This document shows, piece by piece, positions 24,483-36,309 of a DNA stretch of 64,000 nucleotides. The DNA is from Macrostomum hystrix (Eukaryota; Animalia; Platyhelminthes), in NCBI GenBank assembly GCA_950097015.1, contig CATNEN010000025.1:9424001-9488000 (forward strand). The letters run 5' to 3'. The translations under genes and the position numbers were made by a program. Below the pieces are notes generated by a model. That model was not told the origin of the DNA, did not search any database, and was given only the letters and a program-made list of their open reading frames with translations. Every line of letters starts with the position of its first letter. Positions within the stretch are counted from its first letter, which is position 1.

Positions 24483-27400
24483 ATGGCAGAAGCAGCCGAG
24501 CAGGACAACAGCAGAAGCGGCACGGGCGGCGTCGGCGAAGACATCGATCCGGAGCTGTTCAACGAACCTGGCTCCGGTTTCACTTTGGACGAGCTTCGAC
24601 GCATTCAGCTGACCAGGGGCCGCAAGCCGTCGAATAAACCGCCGGACCCGGGCACCCGGCCTCTGCCGTATCCTAGCAACCGTTGTCGGGAGGATCTGTA
24701 CAATCTGTACAATCCAGAGGATCTCGCCAAAATTGGCACCCTGGCTCGTCAGGTAGTGCCAACCAAAGAGGACACGTGGGAAACCTTCACCCAGCGCCTG
24801 ATGGACACCTGCCAGTGCCGCAACCAGCTCGAGAAGGTGCGCGCAGCCTTTGAATGGGTTGGACAGGCCGACCCGGCGCGGGCGGGTCGCGACACCGAGG
24901 GCCGTACGCAGGACTCTCCACTGGACATTATGGCTCGCTGTCGTCAGGAGAAGCTGTTCTCGGCACTGTTCCAGAGAATCATTGCGTGAGTGCTCGGTGC
25001 ATCATTCAGCTATTTGTTTATGCTGGATCAGTCACAAGTCCTGGACTTGTCTATCGACTTGTCGTCTTTTACTCTTACCTATAGATGCTTATCTAATCAC
25101 CCTCCCGTATCTGTCCTCCCTTATCTGTCCTCCCTTATCTGTCCTCCCTTATCTGTCCTCCTTATCTGTCCTCCTTATCTGTCCTCCCTTATCTGTCCTC
25201 CCTTATCTGTCCTCCCTTATCTGTCCTCCCTTATCTGTCCTCCCTTATCTGTCCTCCTTTATCTGTCCTCCCTTATCTGTCCTCCCTTATCTGTCCTCCC
25301 TTATCTGTCCTCCTTTATCTGTTCTCCCTTATCTGTCCTCCCTTATCTGTCCTCCTTTATCTGTCCTCCCTTATCTGTCCTCCCTTATCTGTCCTCCCTT
25401 ATCTGTCCTCCCTTATCTGTCCTCCCTTATCTGTCCTCCTTTATCTGTCCTCCCTTATCTGTCCTCCTTATCTGTCCTCCCTTATCTGTCCTCCCTTATC
25501 TGTCCTCCCTTATCTGTCCTCCCTTATCTGTCCTCCCTTATCTGTCCTCCCTTATCTGTCCTCCCTTATCTGTCCTCCCTTATCTGTCCTCCTTTATCTG
25601 TTCTCCCTTATCTATCCTCCTTTATCTGTCCTCCACTTCTTTACCTGTTATTAAACACGTCCTCACCTGTCCTTCTATATTTTATCTGTTCTCCATTGCT
25701 GTATTGCTCTAATGTTCCTAAATTTCGTCTGTGTTGGGATCTTTGTTGATGTAGCAATGCACTTTCCCTACAGATAAAACTGAATCTTCCACCCTCCGTC
25801 GATCCATTTTAACATTGTCATCGAGATCCGACTAAAAGCAAATCGTTTAGTTTTATATCATCACCCACCCAAGGTGTCTGTCCAATATTTACTCACCCTA
25901 AGTCACTTTCCGTTTCATTTTTTTACTAAAATTCTACCCACAGTGCTTAGCTAAGCCAGTTTGAGATCCGGAAGCAACATAACTTTGGGATCCACTTTCA
26001 ACCCCCCCCATTTAGTCCACTGAGCTACTCTCTCTCTCTCGCCCTCATAGTTACGAGCTAACTGTCAGTTGCCAAGGGAAACGAGGCGTAATAGCCAGGG
26101 TGCAAAAAGAAGCGAAGAAGGAAAGCAGAAAAAGTAGAAGAAGAAGCAACGGCTTTCCATGCAAGCAGGCAAGTGGCCCTCTATTTTTTTTGGTCGCAAG
26201 ATTCTGTCGATGAAGAAACAGTTGACGTTATTGAGATCTCAACAGGCCGGTTGGAAGGGGGCGGACTTGGGAGACTTCACTTTTAATTGCAGCATTCAAA
26301 GTACTTTTCATATTTGAAGTAAACAAATGAGATAGCTCCAACTAGAACGGCTGGCAAAGCAGACATGAATGCACTGATAAAAAGCTATAAGCTTATAAAA
26401 GATAGTGCAGAACGCGAAGGATCTACCTAGTCTAGACAGTAATCTACCCAGTCTACTGGATAATCTACCAAGCATACCCGAAGATCTACAACCAAATCTA
26501 CCCGGCAATGCGCTCAATATAAGTGATAATCTACCCTGTCTACCCGACCTTATCTACCTTACCTACTGAGAAGCTACCTAGCTCCCTGGCTACCGGTACC
26601 CATTCTGTCAGGTACGCAGACTTGGACTACGAGCTGGTGCGGGGCTACAAGAAGGGCACATCATACCGTGTCGGCCAGCGAATCGATCCGGCTAGAGACC
26701 GCGGCCTCTGGTTCGCAGTGCTAATCGACGGCGAATGGCGATTCGTGGACGCCCACTGGGGCTGCTGTCACGTGTCCGGAGAGAACAGCGGCGAATGGAA
26801 CCGCATCCAGGAGGACGGCGGAGTTCAGACCGCATCCAAGACGCAGGGCACAGTGGTGTACTCCTGCAATGAGATCTACTTCCTCACGGATCCCTGGAAG
26901 ATGATCTTCAAACATTTCCCGGAGAGGCCAGAGTGGCAGCTGCTGGCGGAGCCGCTGACGAAAGAGCAGTTCGAGCAGCTGCCGTACCTGTTCCCAGACC
27001 TGGTGGAGGCATTCGGCCTGCGACTCGTCAGCCACAAGAAGTCGGTGGCTCTCGTGCCCCACTCCGGTCGGCTGTTAATCGAATTTGAAGAGAACGAGAA
27101 CGCCATGCACGAGTATTCGGCGCTTCTGTACATCCACTCCAAGGACACCGTCAGCTTCAAGAAGAAGCAGTTGAAACTCGCCAGATTCTTGGCCGTGAAA
27201 CGAGCCGGGAATCGAGTCGAAGTCGAGGTGTTTCCACCGAAGGCTGGCAAATATCTGCTGATACTGCAGGTGAGAAACTTGTCTGCTATAGCATTTGACT
27301 CTTGAGTCCTTCTGTGGCAGGCCTACTCTTGCTTAAATTGATCACGAAAATACACTAGCTCACTTTATACTCGTAGTTTTGCCTTAAAAGTCAGTCGGAG

Positions 27401-30400
27401 ACTGCAACTTTACACGCGAAAAAAACCGTAAACATAAAAGAAAAACTCGAAGCCAAATTTCTAAGAATTAAAAACAGAATTTCCAAGAATCAAACGCTGA
27501 ATTTTCAATAATTAGAAACTAAATTCTCTAGAATTAAAAACTGAAATTTCTTAAGAATGAAAAACTAAATTTCCAAGAATTAAGGTCATGGTATCTAAGA
27601 AAACAATTTTTTAACAAATCTTTAAAGATTTTCTTAAAATATGCTTGTGAATGATTTTGGGAAGCAAAAAATGTTGAAAGTAATTTACAAGTTAAAAAGC
27701 GTTTATTGCTTAAAAAAGGAAACATTTTTTAATGAAAACTCTATTTACTTTCACGAAGGTTTAGAAAGAGAAATCGAAGAAGAGAAATCGAAAATATATT
27801 TTAATAGCGCAGCGGTTGAAGGGGGTGGCAGAGCGGTCCAACGCGTTTGCCTCTCGCACCAAGGTCCCTAAGTTCGATTCCGCGGCGAGGCCACACTTTA
27901 TTTGCGGCGCAGCCGCAGAGAGAAGGCTTGGGGGCTTGTCGTGCAATTTACGCCATTGAGGGCCAATCTCCAAGGCACAGGGAGAGTGTACACTGCCTGA
28001 CAATGAGAAACTCAGAGCTGATGTACACACCTGTGTGCGTGCGTGCTCAGGAGTCAGCGAAATGGGCAGAATTGCCTCCTTGCTAGCTGCGGATCCAGTG
28101 TCACCACGTGATGTGCTAGCATTCACAGTCCGAATGCCATTAGTAAAAATGGATTTTTTTAAGAAATTGTGTACCGCCGAACACCGGCAGGGCCACAGCG
28201 ATGGCAGTCCGGCTGCGGGCGGCAGCGCGGCGGCCGGCCAGCTAATGGACCTGGTCCACTATGTTCTGTACTGCCGCCGGGCCAGCGAGTTCGTGGAGCC
28301 GATGCCGGAGAGCCAGGCCGACGAGTGGGGCCTCGGAGCGCGGGCCGAGAAGATTGGCGTCGAGGCGGTCAGCCATCGGGACGCGGAAATCCGGCTAGTG
28401 GACGGTGAGCAGACACTTAAACTGCGTTCGCGCAATACCAAACTCGAGTACCGCTGCGAGCTGCGGAATCAGCTGGACTCGCAGCCGCTGACCAACTACG
28501 AGCCGATCGTCTGGCACCAGGACGGCTTCGACTACGTCCACGTCGTGGTGCCAGGCGCCGGTCGCTACGGCCTGGCGATTCAGGCCAGACGAAGCTCAGA
28601 CTTTAAGGGCGGTGAATTCGAGGCGGTTTGTGACTACCTGCTCGAGTCGGAGGTCGGCGCCGACGGCTCGGAGGATCCGCTGCCCCCGATGCGCCTCATT
28701 GGCAGTCTGGCCTGCCCGGACGTGGCGGCGGCGGAGCAGTTGACGGCGATGGCCACCCAGCCGGAGCCGGAGATGCCTTACATCAAGGCGACAGAGCCGG
28801 AGCTCTGCATCACTTTGCGGCACCGGCCGACTGAGAAGCCTCTCAGCGCCGAGCTCTATCGCTACGACTCTGACGGTGGGTCGATGCGTCGCCAGCCAGA
28901 CAGCCGGGTGTTCCTGCAGGGCACCGAGGCTGCCGATGGCACCGAGTTTCGGCTACGCTTCGCCGAGAATGGCAGCCACCTGCTCCGCCTGTATGCCAGC
29001 GCCGATAATGGCGGCAAAGCGCTGGTCTTCACCTATCTGATCCGCTGCTGCGCCCGCCTACCGGGTCCGCCGATGGCGTTCCCGACGCTCGGAGCTGCTT
29101 GGAGGCCGCCCAGATGTCGACTCGTTGGGGGCAGTGCCGGCCTCGATGGTGAACTTCCACCGGGCTCCTCGGCGACCATTCGACTGCGCGTCGGCGGCTA
29201 TGAAGACGGCGATGACGACGATACCATCGAGATGTTCGCCGGAGAGACGCAGCTGCTGCGCCTGGACGGTGGCGATTGGTCGGGCGAGCTGCCCACCCAA
29301 ACGGAGGGCAGCAGTTTTGAAGTGCGACGCGCTGGCCAGTCGCTGCTGGCTTACCGGGTGCTGACGGGGGTGGAGATGCGCCGCCGGAGCGAGGCGGGCG
29401 GTGAGGAGGCCAAGGAGCGCAATCGACGTCAGGAAGAGCAGCGCCAGCAACGCGAGGCCGACCGTCAAGAGCGTCAACGCCAGGAGGACGGAAGGCGTCA
29501 GGAGGCTGCAGCGGAGGCTGCCAGAGTCGGTGGAAATCAGCGTCGGGCTGGCGGCTCCGCAGCCTCTTCAAGGGCTAGCCTTCGCTCGGCGTCGAAGCGA
29601 GACGGCGGCGGCGCCGAAGAGAAGTCTTCGTCCCAGTCGACGTCGCCGGGGAAGCAGGGGAGCCAGGCAACGCCCGCCGCGGCTCGCAAGGAGGACGAGT
29701 CGGCGAAAATATCTCGCTCAACTTCTGGATCCCGATCCAGATCCAGATCAGGTTCCCACTCTAGGTCCCGGTCACGCAGTCGATCCGGATCTAGATCCGG
29801 GTCGTCGGACGCTGGCAGGAAAAACGGCGGACCGGGTGGCGGCGGGAAGGGACGGGCCGAGACGAAGGAGGAGCAAAAGGCCAGGAAGAGGGGCGAAAAG
29901 GAGAGGCGTAAGTGGCAGCAGATTTCTCTAATCACTCCCTCTGTGCCATCTCTTCCCCCATCTCATCTTCCCCTGTCTCATCTTGCCATGTCTTATCTTC
30001 CCATGTCTCATCTTCCCCTGTCTCATCTTGCCCTGTCTTATCTTCCCATGTCTCATCTTCCCCTGTCTCATCTTCCCATGTAATTTCTTCGCAGGTGAGC
30101 TAAAGAAGTACTGCCGGGCCCAGCTGATCGAAGCTCTGCAGCGAAAGAAGATGAAGCCGCTGCGCCAGGCCCTAGACGAATGGGCGGAGAACGGCTTCCC
30201 GCAGAACAATGAGCTGTTTGTCTATTGCATGCGCTTCTACAGGATGCTGGAGCTGCGAGAGAGTGAGTTCGCTCAACGGGGTTGCTAGGGGTAATCAGGG
30301 ATAAGTCCCACTGCTTCCCAGCAAAAAAAGAATCATTTATTACAACTGTTCCGATTGGGTCACATGTGCAGCCTCGCATCTGCAGCCTGCTTATGGTAGT

Positions 30401-32781
30401 TCAGTCTATGGACTGGGTGGGGGACGCCACAAAACCCTTAATTGCCCCAGCTAATGCTGGGAAATTTAAAAGCTGTCTCATCGTCATTTATTGTATATTT
30501 TTATTGTGCCTTGGAGGTTTACCCTCACATGTAAATTGTAAATTGCACGACAAGCCCCCAAGCCTTCTCTCCGAGGCCGCGCCCCAAATGAACGTGGCCT
30601 CTGAATAAACTATAGCGTTTGTATTTTTAAAGCGTCGTGATTATACGAGCGTAAAACGGTGGTTGCTATGCTATCGATTGGATAGCAAATCAGCACTCAC
30701 TGTGTCCTGCTCCGCAGAGTTAAAGAACAGCGTCATGGAGGCCAAGGCGCAGCGTAACAAAGAGCGCATCGAAGAAGTGCTTAACGAGATCAAAGAGGAG
30801 TTCTTCGTGGAGGACATCTATGCGGAAATCGAGCCGGACATTCGCAAGGCGTCGGAGGTCTATCGAAGATTCGATAGAATCGACAAGATCACAATTAAGC
30901 CGTTGAATCTGGACGACAAGTCCAAGCTTGAGTTGGCCTCCTACGCCAGCCCGGACCCGTGCGTGCACGCCACCTGCATGTCCGTCCTGCTAGTGATGGG
31001 CTACTATGAGAAACGAACTCGGGTGAGCTGCTCACCGATGTCACTGCTAATCCGTTAAGCCTAAATCCCCTGTTTCAATTCGCTAATCCTAGTTAGTCCG
31101 CTAATTTCAATTCGCTAATCCTAGTTAGTTCGCTAATTTCAATTCGCTAATCCAAGTTAGTTCGCTAATTTCAATTCGCTAATCCAAGTTAGTTCGCTAA
31201 TTTCAATTCGCTAATTCTAGTTAGTTCGCTAATCTCAATTCGCTAATCCAAGTTAGTTCGCTAATTTCAATTCGCTAATTCTAGTTAGTTCGCTAATCTC
31301 AATTCGCTAATCCTAGTTAGTTCGCTAATTTCAATTCGCTAGTCCTAGTTAGTCCGCTAATTTCAATTCGCTAATTCTAGTTAGTTCGCTAATCTCAATG
31401 CGCTAATCCTAGTTATTTCGCTAATCTCAATTCGCTAATCTAACTAAAGACCTTTAACCGAACGAAAGCCTGCTCTGAAAAAAGTCTAAAACGATGCAGA
31501 AACTGCAACATTCTTCAGAAGTGGCGCCGTTGCCAGCCGCTGATCCGGGCGCTGAAGGTGGACGACTTCAACCGGCTGAGTCCTAGCTCCGTGAATCCGT
31601 CCATTGCGGCCAGGGCGCGCGAGCTCGTGTCCAACCTGGACATTAGGGAGGTGGCTTTGAAGAGCGCCGCCGCGGCCGCCTTCTTTGACTGGGTACGATA
31701 TTGTACATCCGGGAGATCAGGGCAAATATTAGATTCCTCACACTGAATTTCATACACTGAAACTGGATTAGTTCCTCACACTGAGGATTTGGGAACAGGA
31801 TTAGTTCCTCACACTGAGGATCTGGGAACAGGATTAGTTCCTCACACTGAGGATCTGCATGGAACAGGGTTAGTTCCTCACACTGAGGATTTGGGAACAC
31901 GGTTAGTTCCTCATACTGAGGATTTGGGAACAGGATTAGTTCCTCACACTGAGGATTTGGGAACAGAGTTAGGTCCTCACACTGAGGATTTGGGAACAGG
32001 ATTAGTTCCTCACACTGAGGATCTGGGAACAGGATTAGTTCCTCACACTGAGGATCTGCATGGAACAGGGTTAGTTCCTCACACTGAGGATTTGGGAACA
32101 CGGTTAGTTCCTCATACTGAGGATTTGGGAACAGGATTAGTTCCTCACACTGAGGATTTGGGAACAGGATTAGTTCCTCACACTGAGGATTTGGGAACAG
32201 GATTAGTTCCTCACACTGAGGATTTGGGAACACGGTTAGTTCCTCATACTGAGGATTTGGGAACAGGATTAGTTCCTCACACTGAGGATTTGGGAACAGA
32301 GTTAGGTCCTCACACTGAGGATTTGGGAACAGGATTAGTTCCTCACACTGAGGATTTGGGGACAGAATTAGTTCCTCACACTGAGGATTTGGGAACAGGG
32401 TTAGTTCCTCACACTGAGGATCTGGGAACAGGGTTAGCTCCTCACACTGAGGATCTGGGAACAGGGTTAGTTCCTCACACTGAGGATCTGGGAACAGGGT
32501 TAGAACGCAACAAACGGGGGCTTTTGTACTCTCGTTTGCATGACGCTCAGTATCCTGTATGCAATTTCCCAACTCAGACCCTCAACGTAGTGAAGGCTGT
32601 CGGCGATCTGAATGACGACGATGACACGAAGCCGGCGACCATCAAGAAGCAGAAGAAGCTGCTGCGTGTCTCGGCAGAGGAGGACGCTGACCTGGACTGG
32701 GAGGACAAGGGCAAGCGGGCCCAGACGGCTTCCAGCGGTTCCAAGAGCGGCAGGGGTCGCGGCAGGCCAGCAAGGAAATAA
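24483..32781 (+). CDS. KY/hillarin/LTD-1-like transglutaminase-fold protein (predicted inactive), 1242 aa, 7 exons, with C-terminal dynein-stalk MTBD-like domain
   Basis: Exons 24483-24985, 26612-27269, 28191-29907, 30095-30262, 30718-31022, 31519-31692, 32578-32781. All GT-AG, phases 2,0,1,1,0,0; sum 3729 nt = 1243 codons. KY-family motifs LEKVRAAFEW, LVRGYKKG, WFAVLIDGEWRFVDAHWG, YFLTDP...HFPERPEWQLL, and three P..G.Y.L.I beta-sandwich repeats. Confidence 0.88.
25105..25640. repeat. Intronic pyrimidine-rich minisatellite, 14-bp unit (ttatctgtcctccc)
   Basis: About 38 copies in intron 1 of the KY-like gene. Confidence 0.97.
27821..28145 (+). mobile_element. tRNA-derived SINE, full-length copy 2 (in KY-like intron 2)
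   Basis: Same A-box/B-box head (ggtggcagagcgg...aagttcgattcc) and body as 8919-9270. Confidence 0.85.
29945..30080. repeat. Intronic minisatellite, 15-bp unit (tcttcccctgtctca)
   Basis: About 9 copies filling KY-like intron 3 (29908-30094). Confidence 0.92.
30525..30602 (-). mobile_element. SINE fragment (same family), reverse orientation
   Basis: gcacgacaagccccaagccttctctcc...gcgccccaaatgaacgtggcctc is the reverse complement of the SINE body. Confidence 0.75.
31070..31445. repeat. Intronic minisatellite, 32-bp unit (caattcgctaatcctagttagttcgctaattt)
   Basis: cgctaatcc at 31081 and 31113; about 11 copies in KY-like intron 5. Confidence 0.95.
31765..32502. repeat. Intronic minisatellite, 33-bp unit (ctcacactgaggatttgggaacaggattagttc)
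   Basis: About 22 copies, two with a 3-nt insertion, in KY-like intron 6; gives 11-aa repeat ORFs on both strands. Confidence 0.97.
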
Positions 32782-33404
32782 GCAGCCGATGAGGCGCCGG
32801 ATGAAGCAATAAATGTGTCTGCAAAATTGTCGGTCACCAGGTTCTTCGACAAGAACCGCTGAATATCTTCCAAACTCAGATCTGTTTGACGCATTGTGCT
32901 TATTAAACCTATGGCATTCGCTGTTTCATGTACTTTTCTGTTTTTGATTTAAATTTATTTTACACGTAATTAGTTTTTTACTAAGTGAAAAGTTTGCATA
33001 TTTTTTTGGCCAAGAGAAGAGCTAGTTTCTTCTTGGACTTTAGTGAAGCATTCTATTTATTATACTCACGGCACAGATAATGATATTTCTGCTTACAATA
33101 CACTACATTTATTGTTTCCACTTACAGCGCACACTTCACATTCACAGATAGATAATGCCATATGATATGAATATTATGTACACATTTAAATGTTCTAATG
33201 CATACTTAGCAACAGGAAAATTATAATACGAACCAAAACACGAAAATTCTGATTAGAGGTCTGAGCAATGGGCTTGTAAGACTTAACAAAAATACTGAGT
33301 TTGTTTTTATAAATCGGACCCGTTCTTGAGTGTTCAAAGCTCGAATGCAGTAACTTAATCTTAATCAGTACTTAAAAATCTACGATGACTGGTGTAATGA
33401 AGGA

Positions 33405-34790
33405 GCTGAAGTATAGGGTGTGAAACCTAGCTGAAGTACTGGGTGTGAAACCTAGCTGAAGTACAGGGTGTGAAACCTAGCTGAAGTACAGGGTGTGAAA
33501 CCTAGCTGAAGTACTGGGTGTGAAACCTAGCTGAAGTACAGGGTGTGAAACCTAGCTGAAGTACTGGGTGTGAAAACTAGCTGAAGCACTGGCTGTGAAA
33601 ACTAGCTGAAGTACTGGCTGTGAAAACTAGCTGAAGTACTGGGTGTGAAACCTAGCTGAAGTACTGGGTGTGAAAACTAGCTGAAGTACTGGCTGTGAAA
33701 ACTAGCTGAAGTACTGGGTGTGAAACCTAGCTGAAGTACTGGCTGTGAAAACTAGCTGAAGTACTGGGTGTGAAACCTAGCTGAAGTACTGGGTGTGAAA
33801 ACTAGCTGAAGTACTGGCTGTGAAAACTAGCTGAAGTACTGGCTGTGAAAACTAGCTGAAGTACTGGGTGTGAAAACTAGCTGAAGTACTGGGTGTGAAA
33901 ACTAGCTGAAGTACTGGGTGTGAAACCTAGCTGAAGTACTGGGTGTGAAAACTAGCTGAAGTACTGGGTGTGAAACCTAGCAGAAGTACTGGCTGTGAAA
34001 ACTAGCAGAAGTACTGGCTGTGAAAACTAGCAGAAGTACTGGCTGTGAAAACTAGCTGAAGTACTGGGTGTGAAAACTAGCTGAAGTACTGGCTGTGAAA
34101 ACTAGCTGAAGTACTGGGTGTGAAAACTAGCTGAAGTACTGGGTGTGAAAACTAGCTGAAGTACTGGGTGTGAAAACTAGCTGAAGCACTGGCTGTGAAA
34201 ACTAGCTGAAGTACTGGCTGTGAAAACTAGCTGAAGTACTGGGTGTGAAACCTAGCTGAAGTACTGGGTGTGAAAACTAGCTGAAGTACTGGCTGTGAAA
34301 CCTAGCTGAAGTACTGGGTGTGAAACCTAGCTGAAGTACTGGGTGTGAAAACTAGCTGAAGTACTGGCTGTGAAACCTAGCTGAAGTACTGGGTGTGAAA
34401 CCTAGCTGAAGTACTGGGTGTGAAACCTAGCTGAAGTACTGGGTGTGAAACCTAGCTGAAGTACTGGGTGTGAAACCTAGCTGAAGTACTGGGTGTGAAA
34501 CCTAGCTGAAGTACTGGCTGTGAAACCTAGCTGAAGTACTGGGTGTGAAAACTAGCGGAAGTACTGGGTGTGAAAACTAGCTGAAGTACTGGGTGTGAAA
34601 ACTAGCGGAAGTACTGGGTGTGAAAACTAGCTGAAGTACTGGGTGTGAAAACTAGCGGAAGTACTGGGTGTGAAAACTAGCTGAAGTACTGGGTGTGAAA
34701 ACTAGCTGAAGTACTGGCTGTGAAACCTAGCTGAAGTACTGGGTGTGAAAACTAGCTGAAGTACTGGGTGTGAAACCTAGCTGAAGTACT
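33405..34790. repeat. Minisatellite, 25-bp unit (agctgaagtactgggtgtgaaacct), ~55 copies
   Basis: cctag at 33426 and 33451 gives period 25. Confidence 0.97.
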
Positions 34791-35654
34791 GATTGCGGAC
34801 ATTAATAGCAATCAGTGCTAGTCAATGCTTAAATAACAAAGGAAAACATTTCAATAAGATTTTTACACGTTTCAGACACGAGGCTTGTAATATAGACTTT
34901 TATCTGCATCACAAAGATAGTTATATTTGATTAACATATTCTTTTTCAATGCATACAGGACATAGAAGTATGAGTTCTGTATATTAGAAAAAGTTTATAA
35001 AAAATCAATCTCCACTTAAAACATTACTATTACTATACATACACAACACGATTTTTTTATCTATCCAAGTCTTTATTGCTACAATGAAAGCTAAAGACAA
35101 AAAGCATTATCAAGCAAGTTTACACATAAGCTTAGATAATAAGTGTTAATAAAGTTATCAACAATAAGACAAACGATAAATTGTGTGTACTGAAAAATCA
35201 CACTTTAACAAATGACTATATTTAACAAAACAAATCTGTTTACGAGATTATGAGAATTATAACTGCTTCGTTAGATATTTGAAGAACAGGAAAGCGAATG
35301 AGTACAGTTAAAAACAAAAATTATTGATTATTACAACCATTAAAGAGTTATTTATTCATCTGCTCGAAGTTAAAGTGTACACAACAGCCAGAGTTCAGAA
35401 TTAAAATTAAATACTTTATTTGAAATTGAATGTTTATTTAAGAAATATGTAACCTACTTTCAAAATAAAATCAATAATATTTGAATATTGGGGATGGACA
35501 AAGCGGCAGGGACATCTGTACCTTGCAGGCGAAACACACTCTAAGGTTAATTAAAAGATACGGTCAGAACTAAGAAAGTTGCCTTCTATTTAAAAGCAAC
35601 TCAACTTTTGCAACATATTAGGGCAACGATGCAGATGATAGGTAGGAAAACTAT

Positions 35655-35705
35655 TGAACAGACAGACCAGAGAGACAGACAGACTAGGTGTGAAAACCAG
35701 TTACT

Positions 35706-35781
<76 letters not shown>

Positions 35782-36160
35782 CCCAGCACAGACAGACAGA
35801 CAGACAGACAGAGAGACACCCAGCACAGACAGACAGGCAGACAGACATAAATGTTGTACAGACAGAAAGACGGACAGACAGACATGTTGTACAGACAGAC
35901 ATGATGTACAGACAGACATGATGTACAGACAGACATGTTGTACAGACAGACATGTTGTACAGACAGACATGTTGTACAGACAGACAGACGGACAGACAGA
36001 CAGGTTGTACAGACAGACATGTACAGACAGACAGGTTGTACAGACAGACATGTTGTACAGACAGACAGGTTGTACAGACAGACATGTTGTACAGACAGAC
36101 AGACAGAAGACAGACAGACAGACAGACAGTCAGACAGACAGACAGACAGACAGACAGACC
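35655..36160. repeat. (GACA)n microsatellite mixed with catgttgtacagacaga units
   Basis: Directly visible; gives QTDR/SVCL ORFs. Confidence 0.96.
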
Positions 36161-36309
36161 GCTAAAAAGACAACGAGAAATGCACTTACGCTGCTAAAAC
36201 TTAAAAGTGTAACGATAAAAAAGACAAAATGAAACAGAGACAATCAGGTTATTTTTAGCTGGCAATTTTCAACTGCAAGCAATCAGTTCCATCGACTATC
36301 GGCAATCTC

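Noticed and set aside
24850-25749. 299-aa and 240-aa ORFs (LICPPLSVLPY repeats)
   Set aside because: They read through the 14-bp array inside KY-like intron 1.
28035-28190. N-terminus of the 682-aa ORF (MRACSGVSEMG...)
   Set aside because: It lies in the 3' end of a SINE within intron 2. The real exon starts at the phase-0 acceptor 28190/28191.
31643-32781. 309-aa and 330-aa 11-residue repeat ORFs
   Set aside because: They come from the 33-bp intronic array; only 32578-32781 is exon.
35601-36232. SVCL/QTDR ORFs, and poly-T/S/V ORFs at 39086-39683
   Set aside because: Microsatellite translations.
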